64,000 nucleotides of DNA from Geopsychrobacteraceae bacterium. GTDB taxonomy: Bacteria > Desulfobacterota > Desulfuromonadia > Desulfuromonadales > Geopsychrobacteraceae. Location: NCBI GenBank assembly GCA_963662315.1, contig OY759353.1, forward strand, positions 1,088,001 to 1,152,000, written 5' to 3'. The notes under the pieces were generated by a model that searched no databases, was not told the DNA's origin, and saw only the letters and a program-made list of their open reading frames with translations. Shown in pieces: positions 28,059 to 39,390 of this stretch. Numbering within the stretch: position 1 is the first letter of the stretch; every line of letters begins with the position of its first letter. Position numbers and translations under genes: made by a program.

Positions 28059-30122
28059 TTGAATGACCTTAAGTCGGAAAAAAGTCCTTACCTTCTCCAG
28101 CATGCCTCTAATCCGGTAAATTGGTTTCCGTGGGGAGACAAAGCCCTCGCAGCGGCACGCCAGGCAAACAAGCCGATCTTTATTTCAATCGGTTATTCCA
28201 CCTGTCACTGGTGTCACGTTATGGCCCACGAATCATTTGAAAATCAACACATCGCTGGACTTCTCAATAAAGATTTTATTGCGATTAAGGTTGATCGTGA
28301 AGAAAGACCCGATATTGACACCACATACATGCAAGCCTGCCAGCTCATGACCGGACAGGGTGGCTGGCCGCTAAACCTGTTTTTATGTCCGGACGGCAAA
28401 CCTTTCTATGCTTTCACCTATTTGCCTCCACAGCGTTCAGGGCAGTCCCCGGGATTTTCTGAAGTTATCGAAAAAGTTGCTAAAATCTGGCACACCCAAC
28501 CTGACAACTTAATTGAGGCCGGGAGGCGCCTGAGTAAAGCGCTACAGGAGCAGGAAAACGAAGTCATAAAAACTCAACCTGAAGAAACAATAATCATTGC
28601 CGCACTGACAACGTACCAGGAGTCTTTTGATTCCGAGTATGGCGGTTTCGGCCAAGCCCCCAAGTTTCCACAACCGCACAATGCATCATTTCTACTCAGA
28701 TCAGCAGCTCGAAAAGGTAGCAAGTTAGCTGCAGATATGGCACTTCACACACTTAAAAGTATTGCCAACGGAGGTATCACAGATCAGCTCGGTGGAGGCC
28801 TTCATCGCTACTCCGTTGATCACAATTGGCTTGTTCCACACTTCGAAAAGATGCTTTATGATCAGGCCCTCATCGGGGCAGCTTACCTTGACGCCTGGCA
28901 CTACACGGGAGAAGAGTTCTTTCGTAATGCCTGCAATGCCGTTCTGGGATATTGTCTGAAAGAGCTTCAACATCAAGAAGGCGGTTTTTTCTGCGGTGAA
29001 GATGCTGATTCAGAAGGTGCGGAAGGGACCTTTTATCTATGGACCATTGAGCAATTGGCATCATTGCTGACGGCTGAAGAGTTACAGGTTATTACCGCGT
29101 ATTACCAAGTCTCTCCCCATGGTCAATTTGAAGGGAAAAATATTTTCCACCGAAAAACAGAACTGCAAGACATTGCGTCCGATCTACAAATTTCCCTGAA
29201 TCAGACCACCACCTACCTCAATCAAGCCGCAAAGAAATTACTTGACCAACGCAACAAACGACCGCGGCCACATCTTGATGATAAAATCCTCACCGGCTGG
29301 AACGGCTTAATGATTTCTATCCTGGCCCGGGCGGGTGCGGCATATGGAAATGAGCATTTTCTTAAAGCAGCTCTGAGAGCAGTAGAATTTGTCTGCAAAC
29401 GACTTTTCCCCGATGGTAAACTTCTCCGCCGCTACCGCGATGCAGACAGTTCTATTTCTGCCTTTCATGAGGATTATGCATTTTTTATTTTTGGTCTGAT
29501 AGATCTCTTCCTGGTTACGGCGCAGCATAAATACCTGGATCTGGCAATAGCCCTGCAAGAACGCTGCAACCAACTGTTCAGAAGTACTGACGGTGGGTAT
29601 TATGACAGCGAAAGAGAATTTATCTCTGGAATCGGTCGTGGCCGCAGCAAACAAGATGGTGCTATCCCTGCGGCAGCTTCGGTAACAGCCCACAACCTGA
29701 TCAGGATGGGGCGCCTTACGGATAATTCAGGCATGGAAAAAGATGCTGAAATCCTTCTGCAGCAGCAACTCAGCCATGCCGGACGCTACCCGACGGCGTT
29801 CGCGTTTTCCCTGCAGGCACTGGACCTGCTTCTTGCTGAGAAAATGACGTTATTGATTGTTATAGATGAAAAAGAAAAACGTTTATCGCAACCTTGGCAA
29901 ACCGTTGTGAATCAATTCAGACCTCACCTACTGACCCTGGTTACGGCTCATCCTGACGAGCTAAAAGGGAAATTGACGTTGGCAGAGCATAAGCAGGCCA
30001 TTAACAATCAAACGACTGCATGGCTCTGTACCGGATCATTTTGTCTTGATCCGGTCACGGAACCAGCAGAACTTGAAAAGTTACTTTGTCATTATGCGCC
30101 TTTAAACACCTTCAGCAGATGA
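28059..30122 (+). CDS. Thioredoxin-domain protein of the YyaL/DUF255 (SPATA20-like) family
   Basis: [44 protein letters not shown] and [11 protein letters not shown] motifs; TTG start after GGAGG. Confidence 0.92.
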   Translation: MNDLKSEKSPYLLQHASNPVNWFPWGDKALAAARQANKPIFISIGYSTCHWCHVMAHESFENQHIAGLLNKDFIAIKVDREERPDIDTTYMQACQLMTGQGGWPLNLFLCPDGKPFYAFTYLPPQRSGQSPGFSEVIEKVAKIWHTQPDNLIEAGRRLSKALQEQENEVIKTQPEETIIIAALTTYQESFDSEYGGFGQAPKFPQPHNASFLLRSAARKGSKLAADMALHTLKSIANGGITDQLGGGLHRYSVDHNWLVPHFEKMLYDQALIGAAYLDAWHYTGEEFFRNACNAVLGYCLKELQHQEGGFFCGEDADSEGAEGTFYLWTIEQLASLLTAEELQVITAYYQVSPHGQFEGKNIFHRKTELQDIASDLQISLNQTTTYLNQAAKKLLDQRNKRPRPHLDDKILTGWNGLMISILARAGAAYGNEHFLKAALRAVEFVCKRLFPDGKLLRRYRDADSSISAFHEDYAFFIFGLIDLFLVTAQHKYLDLAIALQERCNQLFRSTDGGYYDSEREFISGIGRGRSKQDGAIPAAASVTAHNLIRMGRLTDNSGMEKDAEILLQQQLSHAGRYPTAFAFSLQALDLLLAEKMTLLIVIDEKEKRLSQPWQTVVNQFRPHLLTLVTAHPDELKGKLTLAEHKQAINNQTTAWLCTGSFCLDPVTEPAELEKLLCHYAPLNTFSR

Positions 30123-31747
30123 GGCACTAATTGCTTTTTACGGGACAGGACCCCTTCTAACCGGTAAATATTGTCAGCTTCCTGAGGATAACCAATAATA
30201 AAAGGCAATTCATTTGGCCCAGCCGTCACGAGTAAACTCATTTCCAGAACGATATCGGTCACCAGCAGAGCAGCTAACTCATACCCCTTCTCTTTACGCA
30301 GTAAGGCCAGGTCTGACTGAAGTTCATCGCGGCGTTCATTAAAGGAATGAAAATTAACCACCTCAACTTGTCCAAGGCCAAGCACATAGTCCCCGACTTG
30401 ATACTCTTTAAAATCGGTCGTTATCAGTTGGCGGGCAGAACAGCCACTCGCCATAGGGCTTCCGGCCGCGAACAATTTACTGCCAAATTCCTCATGCTTA
30501 AGCCCTGAAAGCTTTTCCAGCCATGGTACCAACTGTCGATCTGTAGCCGTTGCGGTAGGAGATTTTAGAATAACGGTATCGGACATCAGCCCCGCCAGCA
30601 TCAATCCGGCAATTTTGGGGTCCGGATCAATACCCGACTGCTGATAGAGTGTAGCCACAAGTGAGCAGGTACTGCCAAGGGGCTGATTGATGAATCTTAT
30701 TGGCATATCGGTATGAAAATTACCGAGACGGTGATGATCGATGACTTCTATTATTTCGACTTTTTCTGCTCCTGGAACCGCCTGGGACAATTCATTGTGA
30801 TCAACCAATATCAACTTGACCGGAGAATTCTTGATCAAGTGACTTTTAGTGGCGACCCCGGTAATTTCCCCATTAGAAGAACATACGATAGCGCCAGCCT
30901 GCCTGCCATGTGACAGTTTCATACGCAGATCCTCAAGAAGATCATTACGCTTGACGGTCATAAAATCAGTATCAGCCAATAACCCGACCGGCGTAGCCAT
31001 ACGCGTTAGCCATACGGTATTTGCGGTATCATAACCACTAATCAGCACTGACACACCCTTTTCACGGGCGGCTTCTAATAAATTTTCATCGACCGGAGAG
31101 CTGCCGGTAATAATCAAAAGGCGTACCCCGGCATCAACCGCAAATTGCTGAATTCCGGGTCGGTCGCCGGTGATGATAATGGTATTTTCCGGGACAATCG
31201 CCTCAACCCATTCGCGAAAAGTAGCCTCCCGGCGCGCGCCAACATAGAGATTATAGTCCTTAACCTCATTCGCATCTTTAAGGTTAAAACCATGTGCCCC
31301 CAGACAACGCTGAATCGAAGCAACAGAGGCCCGGATGCGCCGCATTTTTTCAGGGTCGGTCGGAACCAGGAAAAACTCAGTCATCCGTTTCAGCAACAAC
31401 AACCCCTTAGCATGATTGTCATCGTCAACCACCGGTAACATGCGAATATGGTGCTGATGATAAAGCTCAATAGCTTTCGACATTGGTTCAGATTCATGAA
31501 TTGTGACAACCTGCTCGGTTACAACATCCTTAACCCTGGGGTGAACATCAGAAACCAGTTCAGGCATCTCTACCCCGAGGGAATCGAGAACAAATTGAGT
31601 TTGTTGATTGACGTTCCCTGCCCGTGCAGGCCTTACACAGGACAAGCCCTGGCGGCGGCGCAGTTCTGCATAGGCAATTGCACTGCAAATTGAATCTGAA
31701 TCCGGATTTCTATGGCCAATAACGTAGATTTTTTCCTGACCTGCCAT
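30092..31747 (-). CDS. ppaC: Manganese-dependent (family II) inorganic pyrophosphatase with CBS/DRTGG insert
   Basis: [20 protein letters not shown] and SRKKQ motifs with a CBS-DRTGG-CBS insertion. Confidence 0.9.
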   Translation of the reverse strand: MAGQEKIYVIGHRNPDSDSICSAIAYAELRRRQGLSCVRPARAGNVNQQTQFVLDSLGVEMPELVSDVHPRVKDVVTEQVVTIHESEPMSKAIELYHQHHIRMLPVVDDDNHAKGLLLLKRMTEFFLVPTDPEKMRRIRASVASIQRCLGAHGFNLKDANEVKDYNLYVGARREATFREWVEAIVPENTIIITGDRPGIQQFAVDAGVRLLIITGSSPVDENLLEAAREKGVSVLISGYDTANTVWLTRMATPVGLLADTDFMTVKRNDLLEDLRMKLSHGRQAGAIVCSSNGEITGVATKSHLIKNSPVKLILVDHNELSQAVPGAEKVEIIEVIDHHRLGNFHTDMPIRFINQPLGSTCSLVATLYQQSGIDPDPKIAGLMLAGLMSDTVILKSPTATATDRQLVPWLEKLSGLKHEEFGSKLFAAGSPMASGCSARQLITTDFKEYQVGDYVLGLGQVEVVNFHSFNERRDELQSDLALLRKEKGYELAALLVTDIVLEMSLLVTAGPNELPFIIGYPQEADNIYRLEGVLSRKKQLVPHLLKVFKGA

Positions 31748-31784
31748 GAAATAAACAACCTCCTGAAACAACGAATTATCACTA

Positions 31785-32588
31785 TCAAAAAGATCTCAAA
31801 GTACCTTTAACATCACCAAGTCCGATAACATTTTTAATAATCCCTTTTAACGGACGATTATTCCTATCGAAACTGGCATAAATATCTCTACTTTTCGTAC
31901 CGAAAACCGAGGGATCAACCAGAATTTTTGAGACGGTCTGAGGGCCTGAGAAAAAGGCGCGATCAAGCAACTTATCAGGGTCAACAGCTTCAACAACAAT
32001 ATCCTGCGAACCATCATGATGGAAGGTCGGGATTAAAATGCGCTGCTGCTTGATGGTTCCGAAATAGCCAAGACGATAATCGTACAGGGCCGTCAAAATA
32101 TCATACACGGGCTGATCAGACGCAAGATCATACCACTTATCGCTATAAACTCGGCCATTTTTCTGTTTCTGATAACGGACGGTTTTTGCTAAAAAATCGA
32201 AAGTATATCGGGTGATTTTTTCTTTCCGCCCTGCTCCCTCACCGCGAATATCGTGAGATGAATGCCACAGGGGGTACAGCTCTCCATCTGGTCTGGCGGC
32301 CATAAGAGTCTGAAAGCGCACAGATCTCTTGCAGGTTACAAAGGATGCAATACCCAGGGTCCTGGCTTCCAGCGTTACCAGGTAGGTTCCTGGCTGCTCT
32401 CCTTCGCTCAGCTGGAGAGATCCTTCGGCCAGATGATCAAACCACAGAAAAGAGATATCATAGTGCAGATGTTCTCCCACCAACTCATGAATAGTGGGAA
32501 CCGATGCCCCTGAAACCCTCGCGGCAAAAATGGTTCCGTGTAAAAAAATACATAATACCAGAGCGATAATACGGCCCATTCTCTTCAT
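31785..32588 (-). CDS. Exported protein, DUF3108-like
   Basis: Signal peptide, GE.L.YDISFLW, DILTALY; beta-rich. Confidence 0.65.
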   Translation of the reverse strand: MKRMGRIIALVLCIFLHGTIFAARVSGASVPTIHELVGEHLHYDISFLWFDHLAEGSLQLSEGEQPGTYLVTLEARTLGIASFVTCKRSVRFQTLMAARPDGELYPLWHSSHDIRGEGAGRKEKITRYTFDFLAKTVRYQKQKNGRVYSDKWYDLASDQPVYDILTALYDYRLGYFGTIKQQRILIPTFHHDGSQDIVVEAVDPDKLLDRAFFSGPQTVSKILVDPSVFGTKSRDIYASFDRNNRPLKGIIKNVIGLGDVKGTLRSF

Positions 32589-32659
32589 CTGCGGCTACAC
32601 CTTGTCAAAAGAAGGATGTGATCGATAACGCAATTTTTAATCATACGAATAATCATTCC

Positions 32660-32688
32660 TTGACGAAACATGTCGTTACAACTAATAT
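32660..32688 (+). promoter_or_regulatory. Sigma70 promoter of the ArsR gene
   Basis: TTGACG-N17-TAATAT. Confidence 0.55.
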
Positions 32689-32721
32689 CCATATATTCAA
32701 AATATCTCAGGAGTGATTACA

Positions 32722-33045
32722 ATGCTAGAGTCTTCTGCAAAATTGCCATTTGATTCATCGAAAGATTACGACAGAGAATCTGAAATTTTAAAGGTTCTAG
32801 GCCACCCCATCAGATTAAAAATCGTCGCTGGGCTCATGTCTCAGTCCTGTAATGTTAAAAAAATCTGGGAATGTCTCAATTTACCACAGGCAACGGTATC
32901 TCAGCACCTAGCCTTGCTGAAAAACAAAGATATCATTACCGGTCGGCGTGAAGGGGTTGAGGTTTACTACCAGGTGACTTCGCCTGAAGCAATACGGATC
33001 ATCAGTGCGATTTTTGGCGATTCGATCAATTGCAAAGGGAAATGA
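32722..33045 (+). CDS. ArsR/SmtB family transcriptional regulator
   Basis: LKVLGHPIRLKI...QATVSQHL...REG..VYY. Confidence 0.92.
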   Translation: MLESSAKLPFDSSKDYDRESEILKVLGHPIRLKIVAGLMSQSCNVKKIWECLNLPQATVSQHLALLKNKDIITGRREGVEVYYQVTSPEAIRIISAIFGDSINCKGK

Positions 33046-33075
33046 TTTACTTCTTCTATAAGAAAACTGAATACT

Positions 33076-33110
33076 AAAAAACGGACATCAGTAATGATAT
33101 CCGTTTTTTT
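33076..33110. terminator. Bidirectional terminator between the ArsR and tautomerase genes
   Basis: AAAAAACGGA.ATCA...TGAT.TCCGTTTTTT. Confidence 0.7.
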
Positions 33111-33133
33111 AATGTTTCACTCAAGAGCTGCCG

Positions 33134-33331
33134 CTATTTTCCAGACTGAATTGAAGCTATTGTCTTACCCCGAATGCCCCAGTTCTCAGCTGGAACTTCT
33201 TCAATAATGACATGGGTTGCTTCCGGATTTTTACCCAGAACTTCTTTCAACACCAGGGTAATACGATCGATAAGCTGCTCTTTTTTCTCAGCGCTGATCC
33301 CTTCAGCGGCACGTACAGTAACAACAGGCAT
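33134..33331 (-). CDS. 4-oxalocrotonate tautomerase family protein
   Basis: N-terminal Pro after Met (MPVV), 65 aa, V.IEEV...NWG..G. Confidence 0.9.
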   Translation of the reverse strand: MPVVTVRAAEGISAEKKEQLIDRITLVLKEVLGKNPEATHVIIEEVPAENWGIRGKTIASIQSGK

Positions 33332-33485
33332 GAGACCGGCTCCTTTCTGGTCAGGAATTACACAGCCTCCAGTATAACCGTAGGCCCAAAAGAATCAATA
33401 GACAAATCATTGTGAGATAGGAACTTCTTCCTTTAATGATCCGAGCTCCGCGCAACCGACTCTGCACATTATCAACCATAAATAT

Positions 33486-34385
33486 TCAGGGGAACCGATA
33501 ATGAAATACATGAAGTCCCTTATCCGGATCAATATCCCTGAAATCTTCCCCCGCTGGGGAATGACGAACAAGAATCGCTTGCGGGCATAACTCTGAAAAT
33601 AAATTCTGCAAGTAATCACGTCCCAAGCGTGGTGCGCTCATGCAAGCAATAATTTCTCCTCCTGGAGATAATAAAGACGGCAGTTGTTTCAATAATTTAG
33701 GCCAGTCTCGTCTCCCCTCAAAGCTATTCCCCTGTGCAGCAGGAGGATCGCAAATCACCAGATCATAAGGGGACAACTTACGTAAGCGGCTGAAGCTGCG
33801 AAATAATTCCAGAGGTAGAAACGCAGCACCACGTGTATCGATACCGTTAAATTCATGATTCAGGCGACCTAGAGCAAGGGCACCCTTGTTCATATCGAGA
33901 TTGTCAACACGTTTGGCGCCGCCTGCCAGAGCAACCACAGAAAAACTGCAGGTATAAGAAAACAGGTTCAATAATGTTTTCCCTGCCGCAATACTGCGAA
34001 CATACTGTCGGGCATTACGCATATCTGGGAAAAAACCGATATTCTGAGCATGCCCCAGTCGCAACTGATAGCGCAGGCCGGCTTCTTCAGCATAAACGGT
34101 TTGAGGCGAAGTACCATAACCGGTATGCGTCACTGTCCCCTCTGAATAGCGTTGTTGAACCAGCATTGCCTCGACCTGGGGCATATGGCAACGCAGCAGA
34201 TCATAGAGTTCGGTCAACCAGATTTCACTACGCTGACGATAACAGACCAGGTGAATTACTGGAGCAAACCAGTCGATGACAATATCTTCGTACCCTGGAT
34301 AACAATGCCCGCGCCCGTGAAAGAGGCGGAATGACTCATGAGTAAGAGGGAGCTTTTCCCTGATTTTCTGTATAAGTAAGTCCAT
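33486..34385 (-). CDS. Class I SAM-dependent methyltransferase (RlmI/RlmK-like)
   Basis: RLFHGRG, QNIGFFPDM, LNLFSYTCSFS and DPP motifs. Confidence 0.85.
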   Translation of the reverse strand: MDLLIQKIREKLPLTHESFRLFHGRGHCYPGYEDIVIDWFAPVIHLVCYRQRSEIWLTELYDLLRCHMPQVEAMLVQQRYSEGTVTHTGYGTSPQTVYAEEAGLRYQLRLGHAQNIGFFPDMRNARQYVRSIAAGKTLLNLFSYTCSFSVVALAGGAKRVDNLDMNKGALALGRLNHEFNGIDTRGAAFLPLELFRSFSRLRKLSPYDLVICDPPAAQGNSFEGRRDWPKLLKQLPSLLSPGGEIIACMSAPRLGRDYLQNLFSELCPQAILVRHSPAGEDFRDIDPDKGLHVFHYRFP

Positions 34386-34477
34386 ATATAAGCTTTTTTG
34401 TAATCAGCAGTATTTGCGCTGGAAATGATAGATCAAAGTGTACATAATGGCTGACGGTATTCCCCAAGGAGAGTTTC

Positions 34478-35344
34478 ATGAAAAGAACCAATCAGCTCAT
34501 CTTCATCCTTATTGTTCTTATTATTGCACTAGGCAGTGCAATTTATTTTAGATCACAAGATGTTCAGCAAAACACGCTTACACCTGAAATAGCACAGGCA
34601 CCGATTCAGCAACCGATTAAAAAATCGATAATTCATTACCCAATACCGGAACAAACAACCACAGCAGCGGATAGTCAGACCGAGCAGCCTAGCAACAATG
34701 CTGTCGACCAGACAGCTGATAGCAGTAGTAATTCAGCGCCAGCAGATGCCTTGCCAGAAGATCAAAAAATTAGCCAGAACGTCGAATTATCTCTGGTATC
34801 TTTGTTAAAAAGCAACAGTCTCCCGCAACTATTCATCTTAGATAGCTTCGTTCAGCGTTTTGTCGCAACTGTTGACAATCTTCCGGAAAAAAAATTACCA
34901 CCAAACCAACTTCCCATCCGCCCCCCAAATGGAAAATTTATTGTTTCGGGGACCCAGAAAGAACCCCAAACCAGTAGCAGAAATAACCAGCGCTACACAC
35001 CATATGTTGAAATTTTGCAGTCTATAAAACCAGAATTAGCTGTAAAAATATATACCCACTTTTATTCCAGTTTCCAAAAGGCCTACGAACAACTTGGCTA
35101 TAAAAATGCCTACTTTAATGACCGTCTCGCATTTGTCCTAGATCACTTATTGGAAACGCCGAACCCAGCCGATCCACTAAGCTTGGTACAACCTGTTGTT
35201 TTTTATACCTATGCGAACCCTGATTATGAAAATATGTCCGCCGGACAAAAGTTGTTATTAAGAATCGGTCAAAAAAACAGGTCAATCGTTTTGGATATTC
35301 TCCAGCAATACAGAGAACTGATTACTGGCCAAAAGCACGGATGA
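34478..35344 (+). CDS. DUF3014-like membrane-anchored protein
   Basis: N-terminal TM; RFVATVDNL, RY.PY, FQ.AY.QLGY...FNDRL and GQKLLLRIG. Confidence 0.75.
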   Translation: MKRTNQLIFILIVLIIALGSAIYFRSQDVQQNTLTPEIAQAPIQQPIKKSIIHYPIPEQTTTAADSQTEQPSNNAVDQTADSSSNSAPADALPEDQKISQNVELSLVSLLKSNSLPQLFILDSFVQRFVATVDNLPEKKLPPNQLPIRPPNGKFIVSGTQKEPQTSSRNNQRYTPYVEILQSIKPELAVKIYTHFYSSFQKAYEQLGYKNAYFNDRLAFVLDHLLETPNPADPLSLVQPVVFYTYANPDYENMSAGQKLLLRIGQKNRSIVLDILQQYRELITGQKHG

Positions 35345-35373
35345 TCGTGTCAATGACTTCTGAAAACGGATAG

Positions 35374-35427
35374 ATGCAGGTCAATAAAAAACCCGGATGC
35401 GTATCCGGGTTTTTTATTGACCTGCAT
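35374..35427. terminator. Bidirectional terminator, perfect 25-bp inverted repeat
   Basis: ATGCAGGTCAATAAAAAACCCGGAT-GCGT-ATCCGGGTTTTTTATTGACCTGCAT between convergent genes. Confidence 0.85.
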
Positions 35428-35440
35428 AACTGCGCATTTA

Positions 35441-35635
35441 TCAATGGACATTCCTGCGCTCGGGACCACTATAACTGGTATGCTCTCGTTTACGAACCGG
35501 ATCAATTCCAGGATATACCCAGCCATCATGACGCTGGAACTTGATAATAGCATCATCGTCAATAAGTTCCTGTAATCTGTCAGCGGCAGCAGAGCCCATC
35601 ATTCCATCAATATAAATGACAGATATTTCATCCAT
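35441..35635 (-). CDS. Small protein, GSU3473-like family
   Basis: I.V.Y.DG...L..LI....I.KF.R..GWV..G.DP.R...Y.GPERR pattern shared with the neighbour; GTGAGG RBS. Confidence 0.75.
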   Translation of the reverse strand: MDEISVIYIDGMMGSAAADRLQELIDDDAIIKFQRHDGWVYPGIDPVRKREHTSYSGPERRNVH

Positions 35636-35695
35636 AACTCACCTCACTAACCTTCCCCGCCACATCTTTCAACAAAGCACCCAGACAAGCACAAA

Positions 35696-35902
35696 CTAGC
35701 GTTGCTTATCATCAGAGGGCCTTCTGCGCTCCGGACCATTATATGCCCCCCTTAGTGTACTGCGAATCGGATCTCTGCCAATCGTGACCCAACCTGATGA
35801 ACGTTCAAATTTTTCAATTTCACTCATCAGGATCAATTCATCGAGCTTACGAGACGGAACCAGATCAATTCTGCCATCTTTATAACGAACACGAATCAAC
35901 AT
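35696..35902 (-). CDS. Small protein, GSU3473-like family
   Basis: MLIRVRYKDG...FERSSGWV.IGRDPIR...YNGPERR; GGAGGG RBS. Confidence 0.8.
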   Translation of the reverse strand: MLIRVRYKDGRIDLVPSRKLDELILMSEIEKFERSSGWVTIGRDPIRSTLRGAYNGPERRRPSDDKQR

Positions 35903-35920
35903 GCAACCCTCCCTATAATA

Positions 35921-37015
35921 TTAATCAAGCAAGGAATCTATTGCGTCAAAATCCAGTTCCTTGTCCGCCAATTTCGTTATCAGATCGATTTTATGAGTAT
36001 CCTCAGCAGTCAACTTAGACACATCATCTTTTAACATTTCAAATACCGTAGTAGAGTTACGCCCGGCAAGCATGTAAGGAATGCCACTGCTTACCAGAAT
36101 TTTCTCAGTGATCCTGCTGATCTTGCCAAGACCAGGGATAGCTATACCAGCGATTTTCTTACGGAATTCCTCGAGTTGATAAAGATTAGCCAGGGTCACA
36201 AGAAGCTCATCCCGACTGACGTTGACAATAACCAGCGTTGAGTCATTCAACAGTTCAACAACCCGCTGGGCAGATGCGGCGCCCATATGAATAGTATGCA
36301 CTATGCGTTGCGCTTCTTCTTCCGTTGCATGCAACTCAACGTCCAGAACCCCTGCAATTCTACGCATTGTTGGATTTGCAAGAATCGGCTGGTAATTAAA
36401 GCCACCGATAACCTTGATATCCTCATCGGCAAAAGCAAGATTAAGATATTTAAGGGTCCGTTCACGCTTGGAGGAAATAATTTTGTTAACCAGGATAGCC
36501 TTAACCTTGGCGTGCTCTTTCTGGAATACAGCAGCATTCATATAAGCGTTATCTACTACGTTACCGATGCCACCACCAGTGACCATCAAAACAGTGGCAC
36601 CAACTTCTTTGGCGATGCGCGCATTATTACAGCCGATAACACTTCCGACTCCTGTATGACCGGCCCCTTCAATAATCAGAAAATCGTTCTTTTTATCGAG
36701 CTGGTCAATCGCATCAAAAATACGTTGCGCGATAACCTTCTTATCAAGTCTGCCATCCAAAACTTTGCGGGTATCACCAGGGCCGAGAACTAAAGGCGAC
36801 ATTAGGGGTAAATCATCAACAAGATGAAAATAACGCGCCATCAACACGGCATCTTTATCCGCCACGATGCCATTATATTCAATCACTTTTGGCCCTATCG
36901 GCTTGATAAAACCAACGCGATCGTATTTTTTCAATGCTTTATGCATCAAAGAAAGGCTGGTCGTCGTCTTCCCGCTGTTCATACCTGTTGCTGCGACAAA
37001 GACCTTTCGTGCCAT
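35921..37015 (-). CDS. BioD-like P-loop/DRTGG protein (stand-alone homolog of the N-terminal region of long Pta)
   Basis: KVFVAAT..NSGKTT, GFIKP, IIEGAGH.GVGS; start after an AGGAG RBS. Confidence 0.8.
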   Translation of the reverse strand: MARKVFVAATGMNSGKTTTSLSLMHKALKKYDRVGFIKPIGPKVIEYNGIVADKDAVLMARYFHLVDDLPLMSPLVLGPGDTRKVLDGRLDKKVIAQRIFDAIDQLDKKNDFLIIEGAGHTGVGSVIGCNNARIAKEVGATVLMVTGGGIGNVVDNAYMNAAVFQKEHAKVKAILVNKIISSKRERTLKYLNLAFADEDIKVIGGFNYQPILANPTMRRIAGVLDVELHATEEEAQRIVHTIHMGAASAQRVVELLNDSTLVIVNVSRDELLVTLANLYQLEEFRKKIAGIAIPGLGKISRITEKILVSSGIPYMLAGRNSTTVFEMLKDDVSKLTAEDTHKIDLITKLADKELDFDAIDSLLD

Positions 37016-37372
37016 AGTGTTACTCTCCTTTTGGAAGCCTTTCTTCCATCTCATTTTTATAATATTAACAAATAAATAGGCAGTTTGTAACAATGTCTTT
37101 CAGTAGAACTGAAGAAAATTAATATTAAAAGTGAGATTAACCAATAACAACATAAGCCTGGTTAGAACTCTTTTAAACCGCAACAGCAAGTCAAAACAAC
37201 CCCGAGTCCGTCCCATACGAGCAAAGCGCTGATAATGGAGATAAAAGTACTTGTAAACCAACAGATATCAGGGGGAAATATCTCTTTCTACAATAACGAG
37301 GGCACTTAAATATTTTTGTTCAATATTGGATGCGTGCAGACAACCAGAAGGTAGCTCAATAAGACAGAACGG

Positions 37373-39277
37373 TTAACCTGCCTGATATTTCTGGCCACCA
37401 TTCAAGTGGACCATAGATTGGACTTTCTGATAAATAGCTTTGGCATTCAAACCAAGCTGCGCACGTAATTCGGCCTGGCTCCCCTGTTCGACAAAGTGAT
37501 CAGGAATACCAAGGCGTATAACCGGTACGGAAACTCCATGATCTGAAAAAAGTTCAAGAACAGAGGTTCCGAACCCCCCCTGTAAAGCATTTTCTTCAAG
37601 GGTCATGACAAATGGTGCCCGGTTGGCGTGATTTAGAATCAAAGCAGCGTCAAGCGGCTTGACAAAACGCGCATCGATTACACTGACATGTATACCATCT
37701 TCACGCAGCATCTGAGCGGCCGTCAATGCTTCCTGAACCATCACCCCGATACCAATCAACAATCCGTCTGAACCGTCGCACAGCAGCTCTCCTTGCCCGA
37801 TTATCAAAGGTGCAAAGGTCTCAGGAGCAGACAAGTCCAAAGCATTACCACGTGGATAACGGTAGGCGAAAGGTCCGTCCTGTTGCAAGCCCAGAGCGAT
37901 TATACGCTGCAATTCAATTTCATCGCGCGGTACCGCAAAGGTCATATGAGGCAAATGACGCAAAAATGACAGATCAAAAACCCCATGATGGGTCGGGCCA
38001 TCTGCCCCAACCAGCCCTGCGCGATCCATGGCAAAACAGACAGGAAGGTTCTGCAGGCAGACATCATGCAGAACCTGGTCATAAGCACGCTGCATAAAGG
38101 TGGAATAGATGGCGACGACCGGCCGTAACCCTTTTACAGCAAGCCCTGCAGCAAATGTCACGGCATGTTGTTCGGCTATACCAACATCGAAAAAACGCTT
38201 GGGATAAGCTTCGGCAAATTTCTTAAGTCCGGTCCCTTCGGCCATGGCCGCAGTAATCGCTATAATGCGGTCATCCTCAGCCGCCAGACGGATAATTGAG
38301 TCACTGAAGACAGAGGTATACGTCGGTTTTTTCGGGCTATTTACTCCTTTTAGGTCACCACTTTCACGCTCAAAAGGACCAACCCCATGGAATTTGGGCG
38401 GGTTATTTTCAGCAGGTTCGTAACCTTTTCCTTTTTTAGTCAGCACATGCAACAGAACTGGCCCTTTGATTTGACCAACGTTGTGCAGAGTTTCAACAAG
38501 CTCGTCGATATTATGACCATCAATCGGACCAAAATAATCGAACCCAAACCCCTCAAAAAGCATACCCGGAGTCATAAAGCTCTTCAGCGATTCCTCGGCA
38601 CGCTTGGCAATATTAACCAGATCTCTACCAAATTTAGGAACACAGCTTAAAATGCCTTCCGTTTCCTTTTTGAAGCGGATAAATGCATCTGAGGTTAACT
38701 TGCGACTCAAGAAAGAAGACAGGGCACCGACATTGGGTGAAATTGACATTTCATTGTCATTAAGAATGACGACAAGCTTTTCTTTCAGGCCTCCCGCATG
38801 ATTAAGTGCTTCAAACGCCATACCTGCAGTCAACGATCCATCACCAATAATCGCGATAACCTTATTGTCTTCTCCCAAAATATCTCGCGCGGCAGCCATA
38901 CCAAGCGCAGCGGAAATTGATGTCGATGAATGGCCGACATCAAAGCTATCATGGACACTCTCCTTGCGTTTGGGAAAACCACTTAAACCATCAAGCTGGC
39001 GTAACGTTGCAAACTGTAACTGTCTACCCGTCAACAGCTTATGCGCATAAGCCTGATGACCTACATCCCAGACAATTTTATCAGCTGGAGAGTCAAATAC
39101 CCGATGCAGAGCGATGGTCAACTCGACAACCCCTAAAGAGCTGGCCAGGTGACCGCCGGTTTCAGAAACAGTCGAAACAATCTGCCCCCGTAACTCATGC
39201 GCCAGAGTCGGTAAAAGATTTTTATCGAGCCGTTTCAGGTCACCCGGTGACTGAATCTGTGAAAGTATCGTCTGCAC
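37373..39277 (-). CDS. dxs: 1-deoxy-D-xylulose-5-phosphate synthase
   Basis: GGHLASSLG, WDVGHQ, GDG..T.G..FEALN, DVGIAEQHA and DRAGLVGADGPTH. Confidence 0.98.
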   Translation of the reverse strand: MQTILSQIQSPGDLKRLDKNLLPTLAHELRGQIVSTVSETGGHLASSLGVVELTIALHRVFDSPADKIVWDVGHQAYAHKLLTGRQLQFATLRQLDGLSGFPKRKESVHDSFDVGHSSTSISAALGMAAARDILGEDNKVIAIIGDGSLTAGMAFEALNHAGGLKEKLVVILNDNEMSISPNVGALSSFLSRKLTSDAFIRFKKETEGILSCVPKFGRDLVNIAKRAEESLKSFMTPGMLFEGFGFDYFGPIDGHNIDELVETLHNVGQIKGPVLLHVLTKKGKGYEPAENNPPKFHGVGPFERESGDLKGVNSPKKPTYTSVFSDSIIRLAAEDDRIIAITAAMAEGTGLKKFAEAYPKRFFDVGIAEQHAVTFAAGLAVKGLRPVVAIYSTFMQRAYDQVLHDVCLQNLPVCFAMDRAGLVGADGPTHHGVFDLSFLRHLPHMTFAVPRDEIELQRIIALGLQQDGPFAYRYPRGNALDLSAPETFAPLIIGQGELLCDGSDGLLIGIGVMVQEALTAAQMLREDGIHVSVIDARFVKPLDAALILNHANRAPFVMTLEENALQGGFGTSVLELFSDHGVSVPVIRLGIPDHFVEQGSQAELRAQLGLNAKAIYQKVQSMVHLNGGQKYQAG

Positions 39278-39390
39278 TGGTTTTATTGCTCCTGATTAAG
39301 TAACCTCAGTGAAAATGTCCATACTGCAACGTATGTGTACTAAGCAACTCAATATTGCACTAATAGAATCACCTGTCTACTAAACTGCAG

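Noticed and set aside
30092..30122. 31-bp 3' overlap of the convergent YyaL-like and pyrophosphatase genes
   Set aside because: Short tail-to-tail overlaps are common and both proteins look complete
35374..35427. 25-bp perfect inverted repeat as a MITE/REP element
   Set aside because: Single copy seen in the window; it has A/T tracts and lies between convergent genes, as expected of a bidirectional terminator
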